Below, in pieces: positions 35,228-42,755 of a DNA stretch of 53,117 nt (its first letter is position 1; the number at the start of each line of letters is the position of its first letter). The stretch is taken from positions 1 to 53,117 of IMG/VR virus record IMGVR_UViG_3300030110_004955. One strand, given 5' to 3'. The notes beneath the pieces were generated by a model. The model saw only the letters and a list, made by a program, of their open reading frames with translations, did not search any database and was not told the DNA's origin. Position numbers and translations under genes: made by a program. The stretch comes from a virus. Lineage: Duplodnaviria > Caudoviricetes.

Positions 35228-35932
35228 TCAATGACTGAGGAAGACGATGAGTGAACCGGCCTCGCCTGCGTAGCGAGAGATGCCTGTGTGCTTGGCATCG
35301 CATAAACCACAAGTGTTGCAGTTGACGCCTTGCTTATACTGGGCGGGACACACGATGCCTTTGCGGCCTTTGGGTGTGACGAACAGTGATTGACCATTCC
35401 ATTCGGGGAGGTGTTTGAGGTTGGGTCTACGTGAGCCGGGTACACGATACTGGTCGGTAACCATGGCAGTGCGCCACCCGGCATCGATGAGGTCGTCGGC
35501 TTCCTCGAGGGTATGTACGGAAGCCATGGCCAAACCTTTGAGGTGTTTGCCTTTGTCTTTGGCGAAGTGGGTGTAGAGAAGGAGACCGCGAAGGCCAGCG
35601 TTGCGGATCTGGTCGACCCAACCTTCCACGGTTTCGCGGGTGAATACCCATGGGTCACCACCTACTGCGCCCCGGACGTAGCGGGAGGAACGTATGGACT
35701 TGGTCAGCGCGGCGGACAAACTGTATTGGTCGGGATGGGTAGTGTACTTCTTTTGCATGGAGGAATGGCCCATGACGGCGGTACCTTGCCAATAGTAGCA
35801 TCCGTTGGTTCGCATTGGGCAGCCGTCGCATGAGGCGTTGGCCTGGGCTTTGGTGGCGCCTACATATCCCTGGGGGATGTCGCCGGTTTTTGAGTTTTTT
35901 GAACGACCGGTCCACAGCATTGTTGTCATCAT
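35228..35932 (-). CDS. Cys-rich phage protein (gp88-like, possible Fe-S/radical-SAM-related)
   Basis: NSKTG, SCDGCP..GCY, YTH, CPAQ...CNTCGLC, FLSH; ATGA-coupled start. Confidence 0.55.
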   Translation of the reverse strand: MMTTMLWTGRSKNSKTGDIPQGYVGATKAQANASCDGCPMRTNGCYYWQGTAVMGHSSMQKKYTTHPDQYSLSAALTKSIRSSRYVRGAVGGDPWVFTRETVEGWVDQIRNAGLRGLLLYTHFAKDKGKHLKGLAMASVHTLEEADDLIDAGWRTAMVTDQYRVPGSRRPNLKHLPEWNGQSLFVTPKGRKGIVCPAQYKQGVNCNTCGLCDAKHTGISRYAGEAGSLIVFLSH

Positions 35933-36159
35933 TCCTCCAGGGCGAGTTGTTGGGCTTTGATAAGGTGGTAATTGTCCCACCGTTCTTTTGTACATTTCAT
36001 GCAGTTGCATAGATGATCAGGTTGCGCATCCCAATTGGGCAGTACGTTGTAAACCTTTTCGCCGCCTTCGATACGGTTGAGTTGGTTGGTCGTCACAGCT
36101 AGTGGTGTGGGTTCTGAGAGGGTGTAGGTTTCACCGTCGTCGAGTACATAGATGATCAT
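35929..36159 (-). CDS. Hypothetical protein with CxCxxC
   Basis: 76 aa; ATGA overlaps on both sides. Confidence 0.55.
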   Translation of the reverse strand: MIIYVLDDGETYTLSEPTPLAVTTNQLNRIEGGEKVYNVLPNWDAQPDHLCNCMKCTKERWDNYHLIKAQQLALEE

Positions 36160-36431
36160 TGGTCTTCTCGAGGTGGTGGTCCGTTGGGAATAGATGGTTG
36201 GTTGACGTCATCGTTGATACTGAATGGATTGAATGGTGGGCGGGTGGCGTAGTCTTGCAGGATCATGTGAATGACTGACATCAACCCATCGAGGCGTAGT
36301 TGTTCCTCTTCGCGACAGGCGCGGACCTCGTCCATGGTAGCGTCGGCGGTGTTACAATAGACCTCGGTTTTGGTGCGAGATTCGACCGCGATGCGGTAGG
36401 CGTCTATTTGGTCGCGGATCATGTGGAGCAT
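36156..36431 (-). CDS. Hypothetical protein
   Basis: 91 aa; part of the tiled early operon. Confidence 0.55.
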   Translation of the reverse strand: MLHMIRDQIDAYRIAVESRTKTEVYCNTADATMDEVRACREEEQLRLDGLMSVIHMILQDYATRPPFNPFSINDDVNQPSIPNGPPPREDQ

Positions 36432-36435
36432 TGGG

Positions 36436-36639
36436 TCACCAGATAGGTTTGTAGTTTGGGATGGGTACGATGGAATCTTTACAGATGTTACGAGTGACGT
36501 TGTAGAACGGATCGTCCCAATCGTCAGGCAGGTGGTCTTGTGGGAAGACGGTGTGTATGATTGTAAGGGCGTCGGAAAACCACACGCCTTTAATTAGTAG
36601 GCGGGCCATGGCGGCTTGTAAGAAACTACTGCGTGGCAT
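36436..36639 (-). CDS. Hypothetical protein
   Basis: 67 aa; GAGGT RBS. Confidence 0.5.
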   Translation of the reverse strand: MPRSSFLQAAMARLLIKGVWFSDALTIIHTVFPQDHLPDDWDDPFYNVTRNICKDSIVPIPNYKPIW

Positions 36640-37012
36640 TGGTACCTCGTTGGGCTTTTTCTATGTGAAGGAAAACATCTTCGATTGTGCATAGGTCTGC
36701 GTCGAGCGCTTGTTGCATTATGACCTGGTGGCCGTGCTTGTCGTAGTCCATTGAATGATCATAGGTTGGGAAGTCGCGGATATCGAATTCAAAATAGGTA
36801 TGGTCGACATCGCTCATCGCGGGAGGGTGATTGGCGGGGTCGCCGTCGTGGAGCGTGTACCAGTAGCTTAGGCGTTCGTTGTAGTCGTCGTTTTTGTATG
36901 CGTGAAATACCTGGTAGATCCACAAACTAGCGCGTTCGGTTTTTGTGGTGGGTTTGAATTTGGTGACGGTGAATGCTAAATCAGGTTGAACCCATTCGTG
37001 TTTCCAAGGCAT
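36626..37012 (-). CDS. Hypothetical protein
   Basis: Likely start MPWKHEW at 37012 (TGATG coupling). Confidence 0.55.
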   Translation of the reverse strand: MPWKHEWVQPDLAFTVTKFKPTTKTERASLWIYQVFHAYKNDDYNERLSYWYTLHDGDPANHPPAMSDVDHTYFEFDIRDFPTYDHSMDYDKHGHQVIMQQALDADLCTIEDVFLHIEKAQRGTNATQ

Positions 37013-37260
37013 CAGTCTTCCTGGCCGTCGGTGGTATCGTCGACGGTACGGCGGGTCAGCTCGTTTGTGCAATTGGTAACGAGCCACTGAAGTTGGGCGT
37101 CGGTGAAGTCGTCGAGATCATCCGTGGATATACAGATACGAGCATCAGCTTCGAAGTCCTGGACCTCGATAGTCAAACATTCGTATTGCACTTCAATGTC
37201 GACATTCGCAATGGATATGTAGGCAGGCCAGTCGAGGGTTAAGGGTTCGGTGGTAGACAT
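37012..37260 (-). CDS. Hypothetical acidic protein
   Basis: 82 aa, very D/E-rich; tiled in the operon. Confidence 0.55.
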   Translation of the reverse strand: MSTTEPLTLDWPAYISIANVDIEVQYECLTIEVQDFEADARICISTDDLDDFTDAQLQWLVTNCTNELTRRTVDDTTDGQED

Positions 37261-37270
37261 GGTAGGGCCT

Positions 37271-37714
37271 TTAGGAGTTGGATACGACGCGTAGTCCGCG
37301 TGCGATTTCGGGGATAGCGGGAGTGTTAGAGTCGACGTCTTCGAGGATCAACTCACCATCGAAACGGGTGCTGCCGGAACGGGGGCGTTCTTTGTACGGC
37401 ATGACAATGTCGAGGCGCGCTTCGTAGGTACGTTCGTTCTTATGTTCGAAGCGACCTTTACGGATGTCGTGTAGGTTTGCTACGAGGGCGTGGTATTCGG
37501 TAGCCGAAAGACGGTCGAGTAGATAGCGTACGATGTTTGCGCTACCACTGTCATCACGTCGGCGGGTTAATCCGGGTTTGCCCTTGCGAAGGACACCGAG
37601 CAGAGTTGCAGTGAATTGAATGTTGTATATGCCGGGTTGAATTTCGGCGGCAAAGTGCTCAGCGTTTTTGCCTTGGTTGAATTTTTGCAGGGCAACTTTG
37701 GTGATTGCGTCCAT
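37271..37714 (-). CDS. Hypothetical protein
   Basis: 147 aa; AGGAGG RBS. Confidence 0.65.
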   Translation of the reverse strand: MDAITKVALQKFNQGKNAEHFAAEIQPGIYNIQFTATLLGVLRKGKPGLTRRRDDSGSANIVRYLLDRLSATEYHALVANLHDIRKGRFEHKNERTYEARLDIVMPYKERPRSGSTRFDGELILEDVDSNTPAIPEIARGLRVVSNS

Positions 37715-37722
37715 GTAACCTC

Positions 37723-38094
37723 CTATGGAATTGAGACGTTGGGGTTGTGGTGGTTTGTCGTGGCGTTGTACCGGGTGGTGAAGAGTGCGTAGGGCGCAGA
37801 GTTTACCGGGACAAGCGTTTCTGATTCGACGAATGTGGTGTGGTCGTATGGGTTGTATGTCACGCCACGGGAGATACCGGCGCGCAGGTCGTCAGCAACG
37901 TGGTAGACACGGTGACCGCGAGCAAACGCGTGGACATTCTTACGACGTTGATGGCGTACCCGAGCATTACCACCGGGTTGAACCACGAATTCAACATCCT
38001 CAAGGGCGATATAGGGTACGTGTTCAATGACCTTGCCTTTGTGCCGGACACTGAAACATTTTTTTCGAATGTTCCAATAGACGTCGACTTTCAT
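37723..38094 (-). CDS. Conserved phage hypothetical protein (VY.N..K.CFSV / RKNVHAF / YNPY family)
   Basis: Motifs recognisable from widespread phage early proteins; GGAGG RBS. Confidence 0.65.
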   Translation of the reverse strand: MKVDVYWNIRKKCFSVRHKGKVIEHVPYIALEDVEFVVQPGGNARVRHQRRKNVHAFARGHRVYHVADDLRAGISRGVTYNPYDHTTFVESETLVPVNSAPYALFTTRYNATTNHHNPNVSIP

Positions 38095-38273
38095 GATTGA
38101 CCTCCTTCGAGTTTATAGGTTTCCCAAACGATGTGGGCTTGTTCGAATAGGGCATCCAGCTCGTCGTCATCGATATCCATCTCAAGGCACAGAGCATCGC
38201 AATCGAGGTGGGCTTGGGTTGCGTTGATCTCACAGATGAATCGGGCAAACTGGATTAGATTATTGTGTCGCAT
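38091..38273 (-). CDS. Hypothetical protein
   Basis: 60 aa; ATGA overlap. Confidence 0.5.
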   Translation of the reverse strand: MRHNNLIQFARFICEINATQAHLDCDALCLEMDIDDDELDALFEQAHIVWETYKLEGGQS

Positions 38274-38425
38274 GGGTCATTCCTGCTTGTAGGGGAAGGC
38301 GATCCGTCATCACTCACCTTCCTGTCTGATGTTGGGAACCGGTATCAAATATCCCCACGGGTCCATCAACCATGCATATCCAATACAATCAATCCAATAT
38401 GTTTCATACTTGCGGTTTGGGTTCA

Positions 38426-38608
38426 TTACTCACCGCCGTTGGCGTCATCAGACTTGAACATGTTCAAGACTCCATGAGCGTTACACATGACGCGGTTCAA
38501 TGAGCCATCATCGTCGCCATCGTATAGGTTCGGGTCGGCCTCGAGGTAGTTGACCAGGAGTTGTAGAGCGTCGTACGCGCGTTGCAATTTGTAGATGTTG
38601 GTTTTCAT
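38426..38608 (-). CDS. Hypothetical protein
   Basis: MKTNIYKLQ start, TAATG-coupled. Confidence 0.5.
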   Translation of the reverse strand: MKTNIYKLQRAYDALQLLVNYLEADPNLYDGDDDGSLNRVMCNAHGVLNMFKSDDANGGE

Positions 38609-38970
38609 TACGCACCTTCCTGCATAGTCCAAGTGTATAGGCAGCCATTCGATCGATAGACGTCGTTACGCCAATCGGTCGCATACTCAGTGGTCGGGGG
38701 ATCGGCCTGCTGTATCAGAGAGACGGGACAGTCCCAATAGCAAGGTCCCATCGACTCATCGATAGCTTTGTATCCCCAGTCGCCTTGGTATGAAGACAAC
38801 CTGAATAGGCATACAAACGAGGGGCCTTGTTTGGGTTGGATGAGCATCCATAGGTGACGACCGAAGTTAGTAGCTTTCCGGTCAATGATGGTGAATATGT
38901 CGTTGCTGTACATTTTGACCAGCGTATCGACGACATCTTTGCGGCTGTAGAATCCTGTTGTTGTCCCCAT
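38608..38970 (-). CDS. DUF6927-like protein
   Basis: WGYKAIDESMGPCYWDCP...A..WR motif. Confidence 0.55.
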   Translation of the reverse strand: MGTTTGFYSRKDVVDTLVKMYSNDIFTIIDRKATNFGRHLWMLIQPKQGPSFVCLFRLSSYQGDWGYKAIDESMGPCYWDCPVSLIQQADPPTTEYATDWRNDVYRSNGCLYTWTMQEGA

Positions 38971-39206
38971 TAATCACCGCCTTCATACGCGAGCCAACTA
39001 TGCACAAGGTTGTGTGCGTCGGGGTCAGTGTTGGGGGTCTCCTTAAAACAGTTGCGCAAGGTCCATCCAAGTCGCTTTGGAGAAGAGACGACTGATTGCC
39101 GGACATCGTCGAGCAGTGCATCCTTTGCGCGCTGTATAGCTTCGGGTGTGTTGGGTACTGTGTAGGTGTTGATCACCAGGGATACGTTTACGTGTTCGGG
39201 TTTCAT
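38970..39206 (-). CDS. Hypothetical protein
   Basis: 78 aa; coupled on both sides. Confidence 0.5.
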   Translation of the reverse strand: MKPEHVNVSLVINTYTVPNTPEAIQRAKDALLDDVRQSVVSSPKRLGWTLRNCFKETPNTDPDAHNLVHSWLAYEGGD

Positions 39207-39463
39207 CGGTTTCGCTCCATGCGTTCGAGTTTCCAGTCTTCATAGCGTCGGTCATCCTCGGCATCTTTGAGACCTTGGACGTGGTCGGCTGCACCCTGTT
39301 CGGTGACCTCTTCTTCTTCGTGGTCTTCGAGTTCGATGGGTTGTCCAGTCTCGCAGTTAATTGCCTTTAGGATTTCCATTTCGTCGTAGTCGGGGTAGAA
39401 GACGCAGTCGACTTCGATCTCTATGGTGCGGGTTATGTGGTAGGTGAAGTGTTGCTTACGCAT
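39203..39463 (-). CDS. Hypothetical acidic protein
   Basis: 86 aa; AGGAG RBS immediately after the repeat array. Confidence 0.6.
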   Translation of the reverse strand: MRKQHFTYHITRTIEIEVDCVFYPDYDEMEILKAINCETGQPIELEDHEEEEVTEQGAADHVQGLKDAEDDRRYEDWKLERMERNR

Positions 39464-39476
39464 GAAGACTCCTAAG

Positions 39477-39617
39477 AATGCGTGGCATGGAAAGTACTGG
39501 GCTGGTTAGGGCAGGATAGGAATGTGCTGCGTCGGCGCGGCGTGGGTAAAAATGCGTGGTCTGGTGAGAGGGGGGTGGGGCCAGAAACGGATAGGCGCGA
39601 CCTGGAATGATGAGGCA
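39477..39617 (-). repeat. Pentamer-periodic array, two units (12 and 13 pentamers), candidate guide RNAs
   Basis: Plus strand: AATGCG tgg ca tgg aa agt ac tgg gc tgg tt agg gc agg at agg aa tgt gc tgc gt cgg cg cgg cg tgg gt, then AAAAATGCG tgg tc tgg tg aga... The central G is invariant every 5 nt, with one 1-nt slip in a G run. Confidence 0.85.
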
Positions 39618-39648
39618 CCTGTTCGCCGTGCCTCCCTGCGCGATATGA

Positions 39649-40269
39649 TTACTTGGCGGCGGCGCTGTTCATACGGTACTTGCCGTTTGAGTCAGCGACT
39701 GAGACGTCGAAGCGACCCCATCCCCAGCCACGGCTGGCACCGATACCGGTGTACATACCCGCGTCGGTGATGTACTTGATGATGGCGTCTTCATCCATTT
39801 CGTCCTGCATGTAGGTGATGGTGATCTCGGCGGACCAGTCATAGAATACAGCACGGGTTTTTGGAATCATCTTACCGTTGACCTTGACCAAAGATTCGTA
39901 GTGGAAACGGTCGTCTTTGAGTAGGCCTTTTAATGTTTTGGGTCCGTCGTAATCGAGGACAGCGTCACGCATAACGCTACAATAACGTTTACATGCGGCA
40001 CCACCTTTACTTAGTTTGGCGCCTTCGATGAGAGCAGCGCGAATGTTTTCGGCGGGGATTACTACCTTGCCTTTGTCGTTGAGGTAGAGGCACGCTTCGA
40101 ATTCGACAAGCGCCATCTGGTCAAGGATTGCATCAACGTCGGCGGTCTTGCCTTTCTTTTTTGTGTTGAGTTCCTTGAGACGGCGGGCGTATTTATTGCG
40201 TGGGTTCGCGGTCTGGTTGTTTTGCAGCATGAGGCGGTCGCCTTGCAGCAGGAAAGTTACGTCGGGCAT
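39649..40269 (-). CDS. Stand-alone RAMP/Cas7-like protein (Vipr-like)
   Basis: N-terminal beta strand then L(M)LQN; VIPAENIRAALIEGA resembles IPGSSLKGALR; C-terminal Gly-rich loop GIGASRGWGWGRFDV; 206 aa; no other cas genes nearby. Confidence 0.75.
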   Translation of the reverse strand: MPDVTFLLQGDRLMLQNNQTANPRNKYARRLKELNTKKKGKTADVDAILDQMALVEFEACLYLNDKGKVVIPAENIRAALIEGAKLSKGGAACKRYCSVMRDAVLDYDGPKTLKGLLKDDRFHYESLVKVNGKMIPKTRAVFYDWSAEITITYMQDEMDEDAIIKYITDAGMYTGIGASRGWGWGRFDVSVADSNGKYRMNSAAAK

Positions 40270-40805
40270 TAGTTGTCCTGGGTTGGGGGGGTGTTGGTCG
40301 GTTGGACAGGAGCGTCCTGGTAGCGTTGAAGACGGTTGGCTTCTACTCGGGCACGTCGTACGTGACTTGCAAGTGCAGACATACGAGTCTGGGCGGCTTG
40401 TTTGCGGCGGCGATCTTCATCAGACAGGTCGCTGTTGCGCGTTAGGCGCAGGATCTTGCGTCCACGACCAATGGTTTTGCTGATGTCTTTGAGCACGTTG
40501 GTGTCAACGAAGGCAACGTTTTGGTCGGGCTCAAGAAGTTTGAAGCCTTCGCCCCATAATGTTTTCGGCCAACGGCCAGTGCGTTCGAGTACGATCATCC
40601 GAAACTCAGCGCGGAGAGTGAGCAGGGTGAGGTTCCATTGCTTGTGTAGATCGATGGGATCGGTGTTGGTAGGAGGGGCAAGTCCAGACCATTCAATCAA
40701 TTGTTCGGTCGTTATTAGATTGAATTCAGGGCTGGCTACGAGGATATCGTCGAGACGATCGGCTGCATGTTCGGCAGCTTTGAAGACTACGGGTGTAGGG
40801 TACAT
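40269..40805 (-). CDS. Partner protein of the RAMP-like gene (178 aa, helical, possible winged helix)
   Basis: GGAG RBS before the ATG at 40805; TAATG-coupled to the RAMP-like gene. The track's longer N-terminus is translated repeat array. Confidence 0.7.
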   Translation of the reverse strand: MYPTPVVFKAAEHAADRLDDILVASPEFNLITTEQLIEWSGLAPPTNTDPIDLHKQWNLTLLTLRAEFRMIVLERTGRWPKTLWGEGFKLLEPDQNVAFVDTNVLKDISKTIGRGRKILRLTRNSDLSDEDRRRKQAAQTRMSALASHVRRARVEANRLQRYQDAPVQPTNTPPTQDN

Positions 40806-40822
40806 GGTCACTCCGGGTGGGG

Positions 40823-40988
40823 AAGATGCGCGGTTTGTAAGGGCACGGGTTGGTATGACGCGGAATGGAAAGTCGCGTACTGGTGAGAACAAATAAATAT
40901 GCATGGTTTGGTGAGGCGCGCTGTGGTGCGGGCAGGAAAGGTCGGGTCGGACTGGGCCTGCTGCGTCGAGGACGGCTCTGGTTTGTGT
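40823..40988 (-). repeat. Pentamer-periodic array, two units (17 and 12 pentamers), candidate guide RNAs
   Basis: Plus strand: AAGATGCG cgg tt tgt aa ggg ca cgg gt tgg ta tga cg cgg aa tgg aa agt cg cgt ac tgg tg aga ac; then AAATAAATATGCA followed by 17 in-phase NGN-NN pentamers (40904-40988). Confidence 0.85.
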
Positions 40989-41071
40989 CAGGTTTTTTGG
41001 TGGTGACTGACGAACCACAAAGGGGGGGATTTTGTTTCCGTTCACCGCAGATCCCGTACTGCGCGAAAGTG

Positions 41072-41260
41072 TTACCTGGCCTCCTGGCCGCAGATGGCAC
41101 AGGTCCAGATGTCATCGGCGTCTGGAGCGTGTAGTACCTGGCAGTCAGATTTTTTGGATAGTTCGATGAAGTTTCCGTGATGATCTATGACCCAGTCCTC
41201 AGTGACATGGGCCGTGGCTATGAAGCGATCATGTGTGGGATCGCTGGGGCATACTTTCAT
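41072..41260 (-). CDS. Small Zn-ribbon-like protein
   Basis: MKVCP...WTCAICG; ATGA-coupled. Confidence 0.55.
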   Translation of the reverse strand: MKVCPSDPTHDRFIATAHVTEDWVIDHHGNFIELSKKSDCQVLHAPDADDIWTCAICGQEAR

Positions 41261-42186
41261 TTGGCCTCGCCAACGTCTACGTACTCACGAATACTCAGGT
41301 CGAACGCAGGGATGTGCGCGTCGGTTACTGAACCACCAGCAAGGGCGATAGCCTTTGTCGCATGGTCAATGCCAGCGAAGTGACGGAAAGCTTGGTTGGG
41401 TGGGGTGCGTTGACCGGCGGCAGTGACAGCCTGGTATGCAGAGAACAAGTCATTGGTGCCGTGTTCACTGTGAAGATCACCGTTGTGGCAATCGTTCCAG
41501 TAACGGAAGGCAGCGGTAAACGAGTTGGGCTTGATCAAACCACGACTAAATAAGACACCCATGTATGCACCAAACAAATCGTTCTGTACTGGTATGTCCT
41601 TCCACCCTTCAATCATGCGAATACGTTCGAGGACTGGGGTGACTGCTGTGTCAGTAATGTCGTCCAACATATTACCGAGAGTGGAGAATACGTTGGTAGT
41701 ATGCTTGGCACTGACCATGTGTTCGCCAGAGAAACAACCGTTGGCACATACGAACGGAGCGCTACCAATAGCTATCTGGTTGGAGATAGTCTTGTCGTAG
41801 CTGGACCGTAGGGCAACGGTGATGGCCTGACCAGTGAGGCCGGAACCGAAACCAATCATGCCAAAGAGTTGGCTACCCTTTTTATTCAGGGCATAGGTTT
41901 CGAATAGGGGTTCAGCGTTGAGGACATTGGCCATTGCATCACGGGCACCGTCAATGAGGGACGCGTATGGTACAGGTTGGTAGCTGGCATTGCCTGAACG
42001 TGGATGCAATTCAGGCTCGGGCACAGGTACTTCGCACACGCTACGGTAGTCGGTACGATAGGCTTCGGGTGCACCGATGGTGCATATCTGTTGGCGTTTT
42101 AGTTGTGGGGGAGGAGCGACGGGAGCACGATTGATGCTTGTATTCAGACGCTCTACGGAGAGTGGTACGCAACTATGTTCTTGCAT
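41257..42186 (-). CDS. DUF932-like protein
   Basis: LRSSYDKT....IG...FVCANG...KHT, plus a C-terminal LFSAYQAVT motif. Confidence 0.65.
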   Translation of the reverse strand: MQEHSCVPLSVERLNTSINRAPVAPPPQLKRQQICTIGAPEAYRTDYRSVCEVPVPEPELHPRSGNASYQPVPYASLIDGARDAMANVLNAEPLFETYALNKKGSQLFGMIGFGSGLTGQAITVALRSSYDKTISNQIAIGSAPFVCANGCFSGEHMVSAKHTTNVFSTLGNMLDDITDTAVTPVLERIRMIEGWKDIPVQNDLFGAYMGVLFSRGLIKPNSFTAAFRYWNDCHNGDLHSEHGTNDLFSAYQAVTAAGQRTPPNQAFRHFAGIDHATKAIALAGGSVTDAHIPAFDLSIREYVDVGEAK

Positions 42187-42198
42187 TGGTATGTAGTC

Positions 42199-42483
42199 CT
42201 ATGAAGTACGGGGTTCTCGGGGTGGTAGCCAAAGCGCATCGTCGTCGAGGCAGGGAACCTGGAGACGCTCGGATTGGCCAGATGCTGGGTGGTACCGATG
42301 CCGAAACAAATGGTACCAATGGTGTTGAACAGGATTGGTGTATGGGTGAGATCCCATGTATTGCCAACGTTCAAAGGTTGTGACGGGGTGCTTGGCTGTG
42401 TGCGGTATTGGTGTACTAAACACAACAGCCCAGGCACGTTCCCATTCATCGCTATCTTTTTTCAGGCATTGGAAATCGGCCAT
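42199..42483 (-). CDS. Hypothetical protein
   Basis: 94 aa; WQYMGS...HLFRHRYHP motif; tiled in the operon. Confidence 0.55.
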   Translation of the reverse strand: MADFQCLKKDSDEWERAWAVVFSTPIPHTAKHPVTTFERWQYMGSHPYTNPVQHHWYHLFRHRYHPASGQSERLQVPCLDDDALWLPPREPRTS

Positions 42484-42743
42484 GCTTTATCAGTTCCTTC
42501 TTTGCGTGGGTTACGCGGGAGGTCCTGAAGCAATAGATTCAAGTGCTGTTCAGGACTAAGTGGTAGCAGTCCATCGTATACAGCCAGGGACAATACAGCA
42601 GTTTGTTCCAACATAGGTTGTTGGTTTTTGCTGAAGTGAGTCCCGCCCTTCTTGATTACGGTTGCGGTGGGGGATGTCATTTGATTGAGGTAGTCAACGT
42701 AACGCTGACGGTGGGTACGAGTATCAGGTTTTCTTTTTGGCAT
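42462..42743 (-). CDS. Hypothetical protein
   Basis: 93 aa; AGGAGG RBS. Confidence 0.5.
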   Translation of the reverse strand: MPKRKPDTRTHRQRYVDYLNQMTSPTATVIKKGGTHFSKNQQPMLEQTAVLSLAVYDGLLPLSPEQHLNLLLQDLPRNPRKEGTDKAWPISNA

Positions 42744-42755
42744 GGCGCCTCCTGT

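Noticed and set aside
39477-40988. Canonical CRISPR array
   Set aside because: There are no 23-47 bp direct repeats with unique spacers; conservation is at 5-nt periodicity instead, and there is no cas1/cas2.
40806-41045. N-terminal 80 aa of the 258-aa track ORF, and overlapping ORFs 40726-41115, 40865-41134 and 39522-39770
   Set aside because: These are translations of the periodic arrays with low-complexity P/R/G/W content and no RBS; a good RBS and ATG exist at 40805.
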